Below, one piece after another: positions 22,346-38,000 of a stretch of DNA of 64,000 nt; positions within the stretch are counted from its first letter, which is position 1, and the number at the start of each line of letters is the position of its first letter. The notes under the pieces were generated by a model. It saw only the letters and a list, made by a program, of their open reading frames with translations, had not been told where the DNA came from and did not search any database. Origin of the DNA: Glycera tridactyla (taxonomy: Eukaryota). The DNA lies in assembly GCA_965644265.1 (NCBI GenBank), contig OZ286459.1, forward strand, positions 135,532,001 through 135,596,000, in the 5' to 3' direction. Position numbers and translations under genes: made by a program.

Positions 22346-25300
22346 TACAGGCTCAAAGGGACATGTGTAGCCAGACAGATGGACAGACAGTCAGAAATAG
22401 AGATAAACAGATAGACGAATGGACAGCCAGACAAGATGATACACTGACATTCGAAAGATAGACAGACGATACACTGACAGTCAGAAAGATAGACAGATAC
22501 ACAGATAGACAAACATGTAGACAGAAAGACAGACAGACATCCAGAAAGACAGACATACAAATAGACAGATAGAGAAATAGACAGACAAATAGACCGACAG
22601 ACACTGGAACGCTTTAGATTAGCTCAACGACGGACAGTTCCAAGTATGTTAAACGAAATGCGTCGAAAGAACGTTGATTCCATGCTTAAAATATGTGTGT
22701 ACTATGTAGCAAATATAGCCGGGGCAAAAAATACTTGTCACAAGTTCAGTGATGTTTGAAGTTAAACAATGATATGAGTAAACGTTTCCGAATTGCATCT
22801 ATCGTGTTTCACATGGCAGAAGGAATCGTTCGGTGGAGATGGATGTTTGGTACTGTGAACCATACCTGGACTGGCCCCCTTGAATGCAGGGCAGTTATAA
22901 AGTAGCGTGCGGTTGAGGTGTAAGCATATATCTGCCTGTAGGCACTCAGGAAAACTCTTCAGTACCTGAAAAACAGAAGAATTATAATTGACAGTCAGAT
23001 ACACCAGGGAATACACACATAGCGGTAGATGAAAGAGTTGGCACAGTAAAGTAAGAATTCTGCATTGTAGCATCAAGCAGGTTATCCGTTCCTGATGACA
23101 TTGATCTGGTCATATACAAATGGATTGTACATGCTAGATGTTCTCCCAGGTGTGATCATCAAAAAGTGTCAGATGCAAGATACCATATATGAATACTCCA
23201 TCGATACAGGTGTGTACCGAATATATATATACACGAGCACAATAGGAAGAAATAATATGGATTCCTTGCATCAGTCTATAAGCCTACTCTCCCTCTGTAA
23301 CCTTTGCTCTATATGTGTACTGTGTACCACGTATCATCCATCTGTACGTATTACAAAATCAAATTCAACTAAACAATATTAATATCAACTATTGAGGGGT
23401 ATATATTGAAATTGGCATGTCTTGTGAGGCTGTCGAAGTTGGCAAGTGGAAGAAACGTAGATAGCCCCTGATCCCACATTGTTTGGCATATGAATTTCAG
23501 TGAACTGTATAAATGGGTTTGGTAGCAATATCAAGTCCTTACCGCAACAATAGGGGGTCATTTGAGAGAATAGTTGGCACATCTCTCTGTACTATATGGC
23601 TCTGTAGTTCTTTGTTTCAAGCACCGCGTGTTGCTCAAAGATAAAGCTTGAGTATCAGCTTCCAGCCAGTTACACAGATGGATATGACATATTTAGTTTC
23701 ATCCTATTCTGGTTAGATAGGTAGAGGTATATCTGAACTGTCAGCTGATTCCCCATTTATCCTGTACTCATGCTTCATGGAAGTGATGTCTGTAGAGGAC
23801 AGAGGATCTAGCTTCCACTGACCAGGAACACACGGCGTATATATTTCTTGGATCAACTCGTATATTCCCCTACACACGTACTGTACAGATTTCTGAACGT
23901 GTATTTATGGACACTGGATGGGTAACCGGGGGACGTACATCGTCAATAATATCTACACGACGTCACAAGAAAGTCCTAGATTAAAGAAACAGCAAGAGTG
24001 GTCAATGTACCTTAGATTTCCATCCATGCGTATCAGAAGGCCGCAGGGCTTCAGAGAAATAGTCTCTGCCCCTAGGACATCTTCTTCCGTGTACATGGGA
24101 ATGGTTCCTAATCTGATACTAAAGGGCTATTGTTATGGCTGAAATGACCCCCAGAAGTTGGCATAGCAACGTTGATGTGTGCATTTTGGAGGTGGAATAC
24201 AGCTGTCAGCCCCACACTGAGTGACTTCCGCTGGTCACAGTTGCGCGCTTCACCACCGGAAGTTGTCACGGTCGGTTGATCACGTGTGAGGCACCGCATT
24301 GCATACGGATGACTGGAATATCACGTGATTAGCATGGGAATCACGTGGACACTAGCTCAACCCCAGGAGATCAAATATTTCATAATTCAATTCAAACCCA
24401 TACCATTTTCATGCTCATTTTCATGCTCAAATGATGAGNNNNNNNNNNNNNNNNNNNNNNNNNNNNNNNNNNNNNNNNNNNNNNNNNNNNNNNNNNNNNN
24501 NNNNNNNNNNNNNNNNNNNNNNNNNNNNNNNNNNNNNNNNNNNNNNNNNNNNNNNNNNNNNNNNNNNNNNNNNNNNNNNNNNNNNNNNNNNNNNNNNNNN
24601 NNNNNNNNNNNNNNNNNNNNNNNNNNNNNNNNNNNNNNNNNNNNNNNNNNNNNNNNNNNNNNNNNNNNNNNNNNNNNNNNNNNNNNNNNNNNNNNNNNNN
24701 NNNNNNNNGTACACAAATAGTCACGGACTGCATACGAGGTCAGGGCTCCCAAGTATTGATCTTAAAATAGAGAAGCAGCCATAAGATACATGTCACTATG
24801 ATTGAATGATGGCGTGAGTTCCTATCTTGGATCTGGAATTGATGGTCCTCTGCTAGCGGTGGTGCTATAATATGTGACTGGAAAGCAGTAACAATCATAC
24901 CCCTCCTCAGCTTACACAGAGGAGAGTTTAGAAATGTTCTCAGTCATGACACCCAGGAAGCAACTACTCCGAATATATTCAAGCGCAAATTTGCGCCTGA
25001 CCCGCAATGTGTCTCACACAACCAAGTCAGAACAACTAAGTATTTGAACAAGCCAGTTATCTACTTATCTGACGTCTGGATACAGGCAAAAGCGTAGGTC
25101 GCATGCTGCACATATGTGCCGAGGGTCCCAAAGACTGGTCCACCGTGTACCAGCTCACTCGGGTCCACCCGGGCATGGGCGCATCATGAGATCTCACTTT
25201 GCATAATGAAATATATTATCTTCAACTGAAATCTAGCACATAGCATGACAATGCATGCATTCTGGCCGGAATGCGCTGTGGACATATGAGGGTAAGCGGA

Positions 25301-28300
25301 AGGTTGGTGCACCGTGTAGCAGTCCACTCGAGCTTGCTGGAATATGAACACAGCGCATTCAAGGCCACTACCTCGAAATCAGAGACCTGAGATCTCCAGC
25401 TAGTTCATGAATAAATATCTATTACACATGCCATTGATGCGGGACAGGGAATGAGTGAGTGAGTGGAAAGACTAACAAAATTGTATTCGGAGCATTTAAT
25501 ATATGTTATAAAAAGCTGGATTCAATGATATACTATGCGACACTGTATCACCATGTATTACAATTACCTCACTTTAATATTTCAACTAGATATGTATTGT
25601 ATGTTGTGAGTAGTTTAACATCTTAACACGACCCTGCAAGGTCAATCCACTTTTGCCGAAATGAAAGTTTTTCAAGTTTTCAAGTTCAGGAATCTGATAG
25701 CAGCTTGGGATAGCAAGAGTAGTGGCAGCAAAACTTGGAGTGTCCATAACTAAACAGACTTTTGGACAGTGCAGTGTAGGGCCAGCTTCAACCAAGTCTA
25801 AGTGTACTCGAATATCTGAGGTGGCGGTCTTGGTTGACATAGTAATGTGTTGTACGATTAGGAAACCATAGCAACAAATGAGGTGTTCCGCAATCTCAGG
25901 TTCACCTAGATCTGACTGAAACCACCACACAGGGGATTAACTCTGTAATTCCTCTAATCCCAGCTACTCATCCCCACTTAACCAAATTTGAATTCGCCAT
26001 TAGGTTCTTGGGACGTGACTATTTTAGAACATTAACCATCCACTCTTACCCAAGTTATCATAATGGCAGTGACATTATCTTACATTAAGTGTGGCTCACA
26101 TGAGCAGTTTTGGCATTGCAACCTGATTCGTTGGTCAGATCTGTTTGCAGGTTCGGGAAAGCGACGACTTCGTCTCAGTGAGATGGATCTGAAGTATTTG
26201 TCTGAAAGGACATGCGGTCAAGTATCAAGATAATTGAATCCCTAAAAAACCCCACCCATTGGATCACACCCATACTGCAGATACCGACTCACACGACACC
26301 TACAATTTCAATGCAATCATAACTAAATGTGGTGCGATGGTTCTTTTATGATGAATCGTTCATTAGATAGGAATGACCTTACCTCGATTTGAGACCACCT
26401 ACAGCAGGGGCTCATTTTTTTTTTATACTTTTATACTTCAAGATACAGAGGGAAGCATTACGTCGTCATTTATGTTAGGAAATAAGCTGGAGAGGTATTG
26501 GGAATTGTTTCATCATATTGATGTTTGTGACCTGGACGGAAAACCGTTTTTCTCCATCGGATTCAAGGTATTCTTCACCGGTGATCACGGAAGTTAAAAT
26601 GGGTCAGTTTACATAATCAGGTGCCAACATTCTGAAATAAAAATGTAATCCAGTCGGAAATGGCCCAACCCGTTTCAGACACTTAAACAAAGACATTTCC
26701 GGAGGGAATAGACAGTAAGTTATGAGATCGACTGTGAACTGTGGAGAAGGGGAGAAGGGGAGAAGGGTTCCAATATTTCTAGAATTTCTTTTTCGAGATA
26801 TTTATGAGGAATGTGACCACCAAGTTGTATGTTGAAAGATCGGGTTGCACAATTAAGCGATGACTCTCGCGCACTGTATACGACCTAGTTTGTCGAATGA
26901 ATGTGCCTGACCGATGCAATCGTTCAATTACTCCACCACGGGTCTGGGCCGGCTTCCCCATATCTATCTCTGTGATGCAGTACTTGGTCCTGGAGTTTCC
27001 TCAGATTTGTTTTACTATTGTCCAATGTCGTGCTGAATTCTTCTATCTCCACAAATGGTCTGAAAAATCGTGAGCTTGACAGAAATATTGTTTGGTTTTT
27101 ATATCCTCTAGTCTTATCATCCTCTTAGTCGCATCACTCGTAACGGTTTTTGGTTACATCAAGCTTCATCATTCCGTCAAACAGAGGTCTCGATATCTAC
27201 ATGTTCCTTTATTGGGATAGTCGTAAAATGGAATGGCAAGAATCTAGTCCAGGGTATACTTACTCTAACACATTTGACTGACCATTGTTATCAATTACCA
27301 TATCTTTAGACTTCGATTCACTTCCAGCTATGAATTGCTTCATAGATCATGAATTCATCTCGGAGCCCTCCCCATTATATGATCAACGGCATTGTGTTTA
27401 TAGGAGTATAAGTACTATCGACTTGAGTAATGAAAAAGGAAGTCGCACGAAACTGCAGGAAACTTATGCACATCTTCATGTCTGCAAGAATTTCTGATTG
27501 TGCCAAAATGCAAAGAATAATATGATCATATCAATGAAAACACATGCTTTGCTGATAGATATAAAATAATTAATGTTACTTGTCTGACCTCAGTTATTCT
27601 CCAGTTGAGGTTTACATATTCCCGCTATATTGATATCACTATTTGAAGTAGTTGATTGAATGGCAACAAATCATGCAGAATCAGGGTAAGGCCGATATAA
27701 AGCCATCATATACGGGTCTTACAATCATCATTTCAAACTCAAACCATGGCAACTCAACATTTGGGACATGATTATCACTGAAACCAAATTATCCAACTCT
27801 AGTGAAAAAATATAGATATAGTCCCCTCAGTTCAATTGTAGCATACCGCAGTCCATGTGCAAAACACTTTATGGCTCAGTATGAATAGGCAGATGGAAAT
27901 GAGCACAGCAATCCTTATTATGAATTCATGTATGTATCTTCTTTATGTTAGAGCATACTGGTGACCTTCATTTTCATCTCCCTCTCACCAATATGACGAA
28001 TATGAGAACAATCCTTCATATTACAGGCGCGTCGTTAGATGAGCTATATCTGTGGTGTACCATGGCCCCCAGTGGACTCATGCAATACGTCAGGGCCAGG
28101 GCCAATCACTGTAGACAATGGAGATGGGTATCGATTTTGATATATACATTTATATACATAAATATGTTTGTGTCAATGTATTTTCTGCAACTATATATAC
28201 ATATTTGTGTCAATGTATTTTCTGCAACTACATAGTGTCTAATCTCAATGCATATTACTATATAACCGAGACTAATACAGACAGTGATCGACATAGTGTC

Positions 28301-28997
28301 TAATTTCAATACATATCACTACATAACCGAGACCAATACAGACAGTGATCGACAGGAATCTAACATTGAATGTAGCCCATCTTGGGGCACAGGCTGATAT
28401 ACATCCCACGAAACTTTCATGTCGCGTAGTACTACATAGACTCATAAAAGCAATAAATGAAAGAAGAAGATTGACTTCTTGGAGAGAACAGGCACAGCAA
28501 GTAATAGGCGATGTAACTGCTAACATAAGAGTGGGTGTACTGGGTGAGTATGTCAGCATTTGGTGGAAAGGGAACTTCGTGGGATGTATTTCAAACTATA
28601 CCCCAAAGGTTTCTAGCTTCAACGACAACGACGATGATTGACTGGGATACTCACGCTATTCATATCGATTCCGTTAGTGTAAGACCATGTGTGCTGGTAG
28701 GACTCAATGAGACGGTTTGCTAGTGGCTTGGGAATGTGATGGAAGAGAATAAACTCCTTGATGGACGTTTGCATCTCATGGTACTCCTCTGTACCCTGGT
28801 AAAGACGTAACATGATGGACGAAACATTGCCAAAGATCGCCGCACTCATCAGCGCTGCAAGCCAATATCAAATCTGGGGTTACACAGGGTGGATATATCG
28901 GTAAATAGACAGACAGAAAGGCATACGAACGGGCATGGAGGCACACATATGGAGATGGATGGATGGATGGATGGATGGATGGATGGATGGATGGATG

Positions 28998-29038
<41 letters not shown>

Positions 29039-32000
29039 TGACAAAACAGATATTTGACTCGATGATGGACAATACGAGCGATATTATGACAAGCCAAATA
29101 CTTATGTTGCCTGAGAGGATGAGGATTGGAAATTATCAGAAGTTAATCAGTCTCAATACAGCAATGTCTGACAAAAATTCTCCCATCTCATATACAAATG
29201 CAGACAAAAGGGACACCTTCACCGGAATATTTGATCTCGCTGGTTCAATGAATCACATTTTTAGGAAGACATTGAGTTCAGGGCTAGTTGTCCAGCAAAT
29301 GGACACAATGACAATGACGATGAAATCTTAATGATTCTGGAGATTTGAGCTTTTACCGAATTTGAAAACGACCGAGACAATAATTGCCACTGGAAAAGGA
29401 CGACACCCAGTTCTCCTGAGTAGATTTGACATTGTTGCCTCTACCAATTGTGTGCTTCCATAAGCAGAGTCAGAGTGGATTACCAGAGTCAGGGTGGATT
29501 GAGAAGAAACCGAATACCGACCCCCTCTCTCACACCTTGGGGAATTATATATCTGTAGTGTGAGACGAGATATTATCTGAAATATGCTTGTTCCACCATG
29601 ATGGTACTACCAAGTCGCTGACATAGAGAGCACAGAGATTTTCTGAGAGAAACTATCAAGATGCCAATCAGACACGCCTCGAAGACTTCTGGATACGGGA
29701 GCCACCCTTATGTGTCTTGGGAATGGTTACAGGCCGTTCACTGAGACAAAACGAGACAAAACATTTGTTCTCTGTTGTTTTCATTGGGAAAAGTTATATT
29801 TGAGAGAACACACTATTATCGGTGATGTCTGCGAAATGTCCAGAAAGGCATGTGTCAGCAGGTAAAGTCACCGTTTGACCTATGCTTTATTCGTTCCACA
29901 AATGTACCAAAGGAGCGTGGGCACAGTACAGGGGTATCTCCATGAGAAATGTATCGGCTTCAAGCAATCACCGAGTTGCCAACGTGGTTGTCCTGTCTAT
30001 CGAAACCCGTAACTCTCACCCACCTGACCATGAGTACCAACACTGGCACTGAACGACATCACGATATAGGGCACCCAAGGCAAAGATGGGCCGCCCCAAA
30101 CATACCTTTGAATGTGAGCATGCCTTATATTTGCCATTCAGTGAATGGCGGGTTGGGTGTATAACGTATCATTGGACCAGCTGGACTATATTGAGATGTC
30201 AATGCTATGCGCATGGATGAGCTCCTTCATGAAACATTGATCTGGGGCCTCGACGGAAATGAAAATTACAGGCAATGGATATCATTTCTTGACTGCATTC
30301 ATTGGATAATTCCACCATAGTTGATGGCAAACCCGGTAATTAAGGGGTTAATACGGGCTTTCCTCACTACTCTCTTCCTGACCTCAGCAGGGGTTCAGGC
30401 ATGCGCAGACAGCCTGATAATTCTAGTTCCGGCAACAAGGCCTCCTCACTATCAATGGTAACCAGTAGGGGTATTACTTTATATCCTATTTTTCATATTT
30501 ATCCATTTTTCACGGGCTCTTCACAGCTTCCATATATATAAATAGGGAGACAAGTTATCATTCTAGAGAATATGGGAATAATTGCACGAGAGTGAACTAG
30601 GAAATTTCTGGTTTGAAATTAGCTATCTTTCTGGATTTCTGCTCTGAGTAATCATATGCAGAGTGATAGAAGTCAACACACCCTTCCTCCTCCTCCAAAC
30701 ATAGCCGCCTGTGATGTTGGTATGTGGTTATTACCTCACAGCTCAGATCAATGGTCAGCTGGTGAGAGTGAAATCAGATATGTGACTTTTATTATCACAA
30801 CTTCCAGTTACATGACAGGGAGAGCTAGTGACCACAATACATTTTTACAAGGGGGTCGGGACTAACTCACCAGGAGGTCATTGATTAAAGCGCCTTATCT
30901 GGAATTACTGAATTTTAATGAGATAACCCTGTTGCATTACACAAGCAGGCTTTCATCATCGTCTCCGGAACAAGTATTATTGCCACTCATTTCACCCTCC
31001 AAGACTAGAGAAGAGCTAGTGAGGAAAGCCCGTATTGATTCAATGGGTGATTCTTAACGTCTCTTCAATCTAGGTAACAGTTGAGGAGTACTCACAACCC
31101 AGTAACATGGCGAATATGGAGAAGATCTTCTCGGCGTTCGTGTTCGGCGCCACGTTGCCGAATCCTATACTGGTGAGACTGGTGAAGGTGAAATAGAGTG
31201 CTGTGATATACTTGGACCGAATATCTGGTCCCGTGGTAGAGTCATTAGCTAAATAAGGCGTGTTTGTGCTATTGGCTAGCCCGTCTAGCCAGCTGATTGG
31301 CTCTTTCAAACGAGGTCGCTCCACGTAGGCGATTGCATAGAATATACACGCCAGCCAATGAGCGATGAGCGTGAAGGTTGCCATGAGCAACAACAACACG
31401 GCCGCTCCATATTCGCTGTACTGGTCGATTCGCCTGGCAACCCTTAGCAACCGCAATAACCGAGCTGTTTTGAGCACACCCGTCACCGTCATAGTCTGCA
31501 ACAGGAGCAATAATTGAAGAAATGAATAACTGGTCTCATCGAGGTACATCTGCTCCCGCCTACGAACAGAAACTTAAGATTGATGAGAGAAACGATGACG
31601 TGAAACTAAGGTCCTCTTTAGAATTGTATGATGCTTTCCTATGATCGAGCACACACATCCTGAGCGTCAGTTCCAATTTCATTGATCTCGATTCTTTCAG
31701 GGAGAAAAGAATCGAGCACCGTCAATGCTGGGACTTTCAGGTAAAACTACAATCCACCGATGATGAGAATGTTTATATATGAAGCTGAATGTGCTCATTC
31801 CATGTAGATTAAATAGCTTGTAAAACGCATGAGAACTGAATCTGAAAGGTGAGAGTTATAGTTGTGAATAGCAAGATGTAAGATTATATTTGCGGAAAAT
31901 CATATAAATGAGGAGAATGTTGATGATGAATGATATATGAGCGATGATGTGGAAAGTAGTAATGCACTGCACACTCACCTGGACAGCGAATCTAATGAAG

Positions 32001-35000
32001 GATGATATGTCTCACACGAGGTGGGACAGGGAAAAGGGATCAAATGGAGACCTATACTACACCTTTCCAGATACCCATATCATATAGGGGCGAAGGACAT
32101 CAAATGTAACCCCCCTCAAACAGAGAGTATAGTTCTGCATTGGCCTGTCCCTATATTACAATTGCATAGACAGAGAGAGAGGCTGATTAAAATTGGAGAC
32201 ATGGCAATGATGCTTGAGAACAAAGATGGCTACCAACTGGTATTTGTTGCAAAATACCTCATCCCTTGAATTTCCACAATGTATACAACTCTACAATGAT
32301 TTGAGTGTAGTAAAGAGATCACTGCATGGTTCTTTTCTTGATAAATCCCTCTTGGGAGAGCAGGAGGAGCTTTAAACCTCAGGCCCTTTGCAATCACGCT
32401 CCCTCTACACGTCCTTGGTTCTGATACCGCCATCGACACCACCCAGGGCGGGGGCATCATGTCATATTATCCCATATTCCTCTTATCAGAAATCCCATTG
32501 TAACGACATATGATGTGATCGATCGATCGCCCATGTGTATGCACGTATTGACCACCGAAAGGCGTTCGATTGGCTTTGTCATGTGCCCTGCAGGTTGGCA
32601 GTAGATTTAGCCATCGATGAATGAATGACATAGACTTTATTTAGCCTGGTGAAATGTAGCAAAAGTTTCGCGTAACATAGATACCTTGACGAGACATCGA
32701 GAAAAACCAGCCTGAGCTGATATTGGCTACGACCAGGGTATGTAGAATGACAAACCATGAGTGTCACTTTATCAGACTGGTACTCGTCAATAGATATGAG
32801 TGGCTGGTCAAACTGGGAATTTGGAGTAAGGAGAATAAGATCACATATCAAAGTAGGTGACTCACACCCGTGTGGGGTCCTTTGGAAGAACTACTATCGA
32901 TTGACACTCCCAACCTTCAAACTGATGAATTGTGAGGACATATCTTGAACAAACATGAAGCATGGACATGTTCTTCCAATTAACATTCGAACAGATTAGA
33001 TATGTCAGGCGATATATATTACTGGAAGAAGACATTACCAAAATATATAAATTGATCACAGGGTGATGAAGCATCCATTGATCCTCTAGTCACCTTCCTT
33101 GCAATGTTTAGCCTTCCCTGCGCACCTTCCACAATTTTACATTTGGTTTAATTTTACAGTTCTCCTATTCTACATTGGCTAAACCTTGAAACCAGGATAC
33201 AACAGCATTGGATTAGTTGTATATGGACAATCATACAAATACGACTTTGATATAAATCGAAATACACTTACTTGATATTGCACTCAAATTTTCGATTTAT
33301 ATAAAACACTCAATTTTATTGACACCTCCTCAAAATGTATTGGGCACAACACAATTCTCCGACTATGATATACTTTCTGAACTGGTGCTTTGTGCAGTAT
33401 TAGTAACAGTGAAAGGTTGGTTACATTAGTAATAAAGACTTCTTTGCTGAGGCGAAGACGCAAGCTTGTCTTCGCAGAATCCGAAATATACTTATCTATG
33501 CCCACACGGTTGCACATGCATTTTCAGTACCAAAATAATTCAAAATAGTGCTATTGAAAAAAGCTGTTATCTAGATTGAGCAAAGGTAGTCACACTGAAA
33601 GATCTGTATGCGAAATGCAAGATAAAATGCTTGCAAAATGAACATCATGCCAAACTATATAGGTAAAGTGTCTGATGAGCATACTCTATTTGACTTATAT
33701 AGTTAGAAAATAGAACCCTTAATGGGAAAGAATTTCAGACTGTGACAATGCTTCAAACAGTTGAGCCCAAGTCCTGCTGCAGTCTCTATCAAAAATTGTC
33801 CCGATGCTACTATGTTCTCATACAAATCCGATTATTAGGTTTTGAAAAAATCGATCGTGTAGGGGTATCGCTTCACAGAATAGACCCAGGAGAGAGTCTG
33901 TTCCCTGAGCAGTCATCGCACCCCACCAATTCAGGGGTTCCCTACAGTCTATATTTGATACAGTACATTTTAAGGCCAGGATATAACAAGATGGTGGGGG
34001 TGATAGTTTGAATTCGGAAAGGAATTGATCGGAATCCATGGATCAGGAAACGCGACAGGCTGAACAATACAGAACATTTAGACTAATCTGTGGAGAGTTT
34101 GGCTGCAGCAATGCGCAGGTTCGAACAACAAAAATACGGGTGAGCTCGTAGAAAAATTTCGTATCCACTCACACATCTGAAGAGAATAACTGGGTGGAAA
34201 GAGGACTATTTTATTTCGTCTAATTTACATTTGTTATGAGCTTCTGCATAAGTTACACACGGAGTGAGTCATGGATGAACATTTGAGAAGAAAATGACAT
34301 TCCCTGTGGACCATTCGTTTGAGAAGTCAGATCAGTGAGACCATGGATGAAAAGAAATTCATTTCGTTGAGACATTTTCGGTTTGACCCTTTGTCAATAT
34401 CTGACAAAATTCATGAAGTTTAGAACAGCTTTTATCAACTCGATCAGGGAAGTTACAGCCAATGGATAATCAGCTGGATTGATCCAAGGTTCATGAAATA
34501 CCTGTAAAATGGCAGGTGGGCTATTAACTATATACTTCAACACAGCCAACCCCTCTGACATGGAGAGATGGGACTATAATTATATCTGAATCATGAAATT
34601 TGAACGAATCATCATGAGGTACAGTAGAAATAATCTCTGTCAAGTTTTAGGGGATCGAGGTGGATGAGTTTCCGATCATGAATGGATCAGTGGTAGGAAA
34701 AAGGCAAAATAGATATGCTATAATATCATGAATGCATGCCTGAAGGTTTGTGGAAGTAACCATATAGTAGTCATCGCAATTCACAATATCACACCATTAC
34801 TTACAATCAGAGTATAACACCGAGAATATTAATCGATTGAATGATGCCTAACTTCTCTCTTCAACCCAGACCGGTTTGTTTGAGACTTGAAGGATGTCTC
34901 GGTTCCCAAATGTATTGTCGAGACAATACTAGGAGTACAAAAATAAATTACTGGTGAGACCATAGATGTCATATGGACAAACTTTATTCCATGAGGGGAC

Positions 35001-38000
35001 TAAATATAAAAGCAGTTGGCATTGCTGTTTTTTTGAAGCTGATAGCAATGCACTGAACATGTTGAAATGAATGTGCCAGATGTTCTAGTCAATCTGCAAC
35101 CACAGGGACATGGTGTCTGGCAAATCTGCATGATTGAAATGAATGAATGACAGGATAGAAATGAGATGTGCGTATTCTTTCAAAGAACAAGCATTATCCT
35201 TGGAATATTGTCGGTGAAAGGGTGCATGTGTATGAAAGAGAGCCGAAATGAATCCATGTGAGGCATTCAAATTATTCATGCATTCATAAAACACATACAT
35301 TCTGATCATGTTCATTATTTAATATGCATAGCTGTATAAGGTATGTTCTAGTAAATGTAATACGTATAGGAAGTTATATTCACCACTGCCTATATCTCAA
35401 ATGAGGCACCATATATGGCGCTCCGATTACATATGTATAAGATGTTGCATGTTGTTGTAAATTATAAACTTGTATCATTAATATGAGGAACCAAATCACA
35501 TTTGAATAATATGTAAGAGATGAAATAATATTTGAATAATTCACATTTTCCTAACTCTCGTTCAGTTGGCTAGTGGCTAGTAGACAAACAAACAAGATAA
35601 GACACAAATTATTGCAGTTTTGGGGTGGGAACCTGGATTTCACGAAGACGAGTCAAAGTCCTTCCAATCCAAATTTCAAATGATGTATGCTTTACCCAAT
35701 GTTAGGTTCCAAATACGGTTTGGGCAAATCAATCATATTATTGGCTGCTCTGTAGATCCATATACACATGGAATATAGAGGAAAGGCAGAGGAGTGAGAA
35801 AAGCATACAATAGGGTACAATGCTACCCGAAAGCATTTGAAGGCTTGACTTTCTTGAAGCCGATTACTCGGAGAGACGGCTCTCTGGTGATAAAGTGAAT
35901 AAATATTGGATTTGCAGCATGCAACAGATTTCCAAATCATCATTTATTCCATGGAGGAATCTTGAGTTTGTCGAAACAGTTTGCTCGGTACAGACTTGGC
36001 AAGATCCTAATGTAACCAAACACTCCCGATGAGGGCTATACCGATGAAGCCAACTAGAATACCCCTCGCATCGCCTACAAACATTCAACAGCCCGCAAAA
36101 ATCAAATATGTAAACAAAAATGTCCTGCAAAAACAATGAAGAATCAAACACCAAAGGCCTGCTGGGATGCATTTCATCATGCGTGATATGTCTCCAACCC
36201 CTATGTCGCTGGATATTTTGCTTCTACAATATCAATATTATGGCTGATACATAAGGAAGAAAGAAACAGTGATATATAATCGTAAATAATGTGATACTGA
36301 GTGGCATGTCAAGTAAGTAAAACCTGTCAAATCAAATTGTGATCATATCAAAAATGATATTGTCAAGCTAATAGCTGAATATCATCCAGATAATGGCCAC
36401 GCAAGGTACCATACAACTAAGCACTTGCAATTCATTCATTTCACAGGAATCCTTCACGAATGGTAATTATCACCCTTATATGAACAATAAACATATACAC
36501 ATAGTTGCATGTGGATAGCCTCGTCGGAAATTGCATGTTCACATTTCCATGCCTTTACAGTCTGATCAGGATAGAAACAAAATCACATTATGATACGATC
36601 ACAGCTAGTATTTGACAGACCTTGGAGCTGCAAGTATGAAAACAATCAACCAGAAATAGCAACACATCAACATAATCAATGCAAAGAAATACTCAGTATA
36701 TCATGAACATTGACAGTAGAAGTACTTCCCCATAAAGTGCCACGTCATTGACTTGAGAGGTGAGAGAGGAACCTAAACTCGTTCGAGAGTTAGTGAGGAC
36801 ATTTGGACATGAAAGATTTGGGTAATGGGATGGAATGATGTTGGTATCGTATTGTATGTCTAACTCGCCGATGTTTGGTTGGATAGGGGTAAGGGTGGGC
36901 AGAATTAGTGTGGGGGTAGAGTGGGGTGGAAACAACTGAGGTGGATACATGTGGAGAGGTTACAGACAAGTGATACATCAGAACACCAGGGACCTCTCTC
37001 ACTGATAGGTCAGTACACCCGAAAAGGCGTTGGTGCACTTAATTACCATGTTTATTTTTTAAAGTAAGCGATGGTAATTGGGAGAACCTAAGCCATTATA
37101 ACCTCAGTGAAACAGTCTACTAGCACGAGGATATTGTCAAAGATCGCGGAGAATTCCAAGTATCATTATTTACAGACTCGCTGAAGCCTTCAAGGTTTTT
37201 CAACATCACAGGTACGATTTATCTTTCATACACAGAAACTCGTACTTGATGTTGATTCGAATCCATCAGGTCTGACACTGTTCATCGATCATTTCCAACT
37301 CAATTCCATGCAAATTACACTGCGTAGAGCACAGTTGATGGTGTACGCCTTTGTCAAATGAAAACGGCCAGACAATGAAAACTGCAACCGTTGTATTTTC
37401 GGTTTCAATCATTCATGAAAATCATCACTAACATACATCCAGCCCTGTTTGGTAGTACCCACTATGTAGCTGTGGACATAATATCGTTGTCAATGGATAC
37501 AGCACACTAATGTCAACTGAAGTCACCCACAACATGGTAACCTAGATGATAGCATACACAAGATCGAAGAAGAACTGCGATCATATGACTGATCCATTTT
37601 GACATTGGACATCCATCATCTCTTGTCTGAAATTCAGAAAATGAACATTGGATTCATTCCTATCTTCAAGTATGGACATCTTTTGATTCGAATCTTAGTG
37701 ACTTTCTCTCGATAAACAGAAGTCACAATGTGTCAAATGCCTTTGATAAATAATGATTGATCAAAGAAAGGACAGCGTATTCTTTACAGACAGGTATCAT
37801 TAGAAGAGGCATCAAGCATCCGACAGTCATGAGCCAGGCCCTGATGATAGAGAATGGATAAAGGTGAAAGAGTATTTGACAGGAATGGTGGAAGGGGGTG
37901 AGGTAGAGGTGGGGATTGGAATAGGGACTGTTAGCAAGTGTAGCACGTTAGGGGTGATAGAAATAATCGTGGTGATAATATACATGCAACGCTCCTTACA

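Noticed and set aside
25586-25930. Tx1/L1-like RT fragment ([14 protein letters not shown])
   Set aside because: Only one short motif resembles the family; not enough to call.
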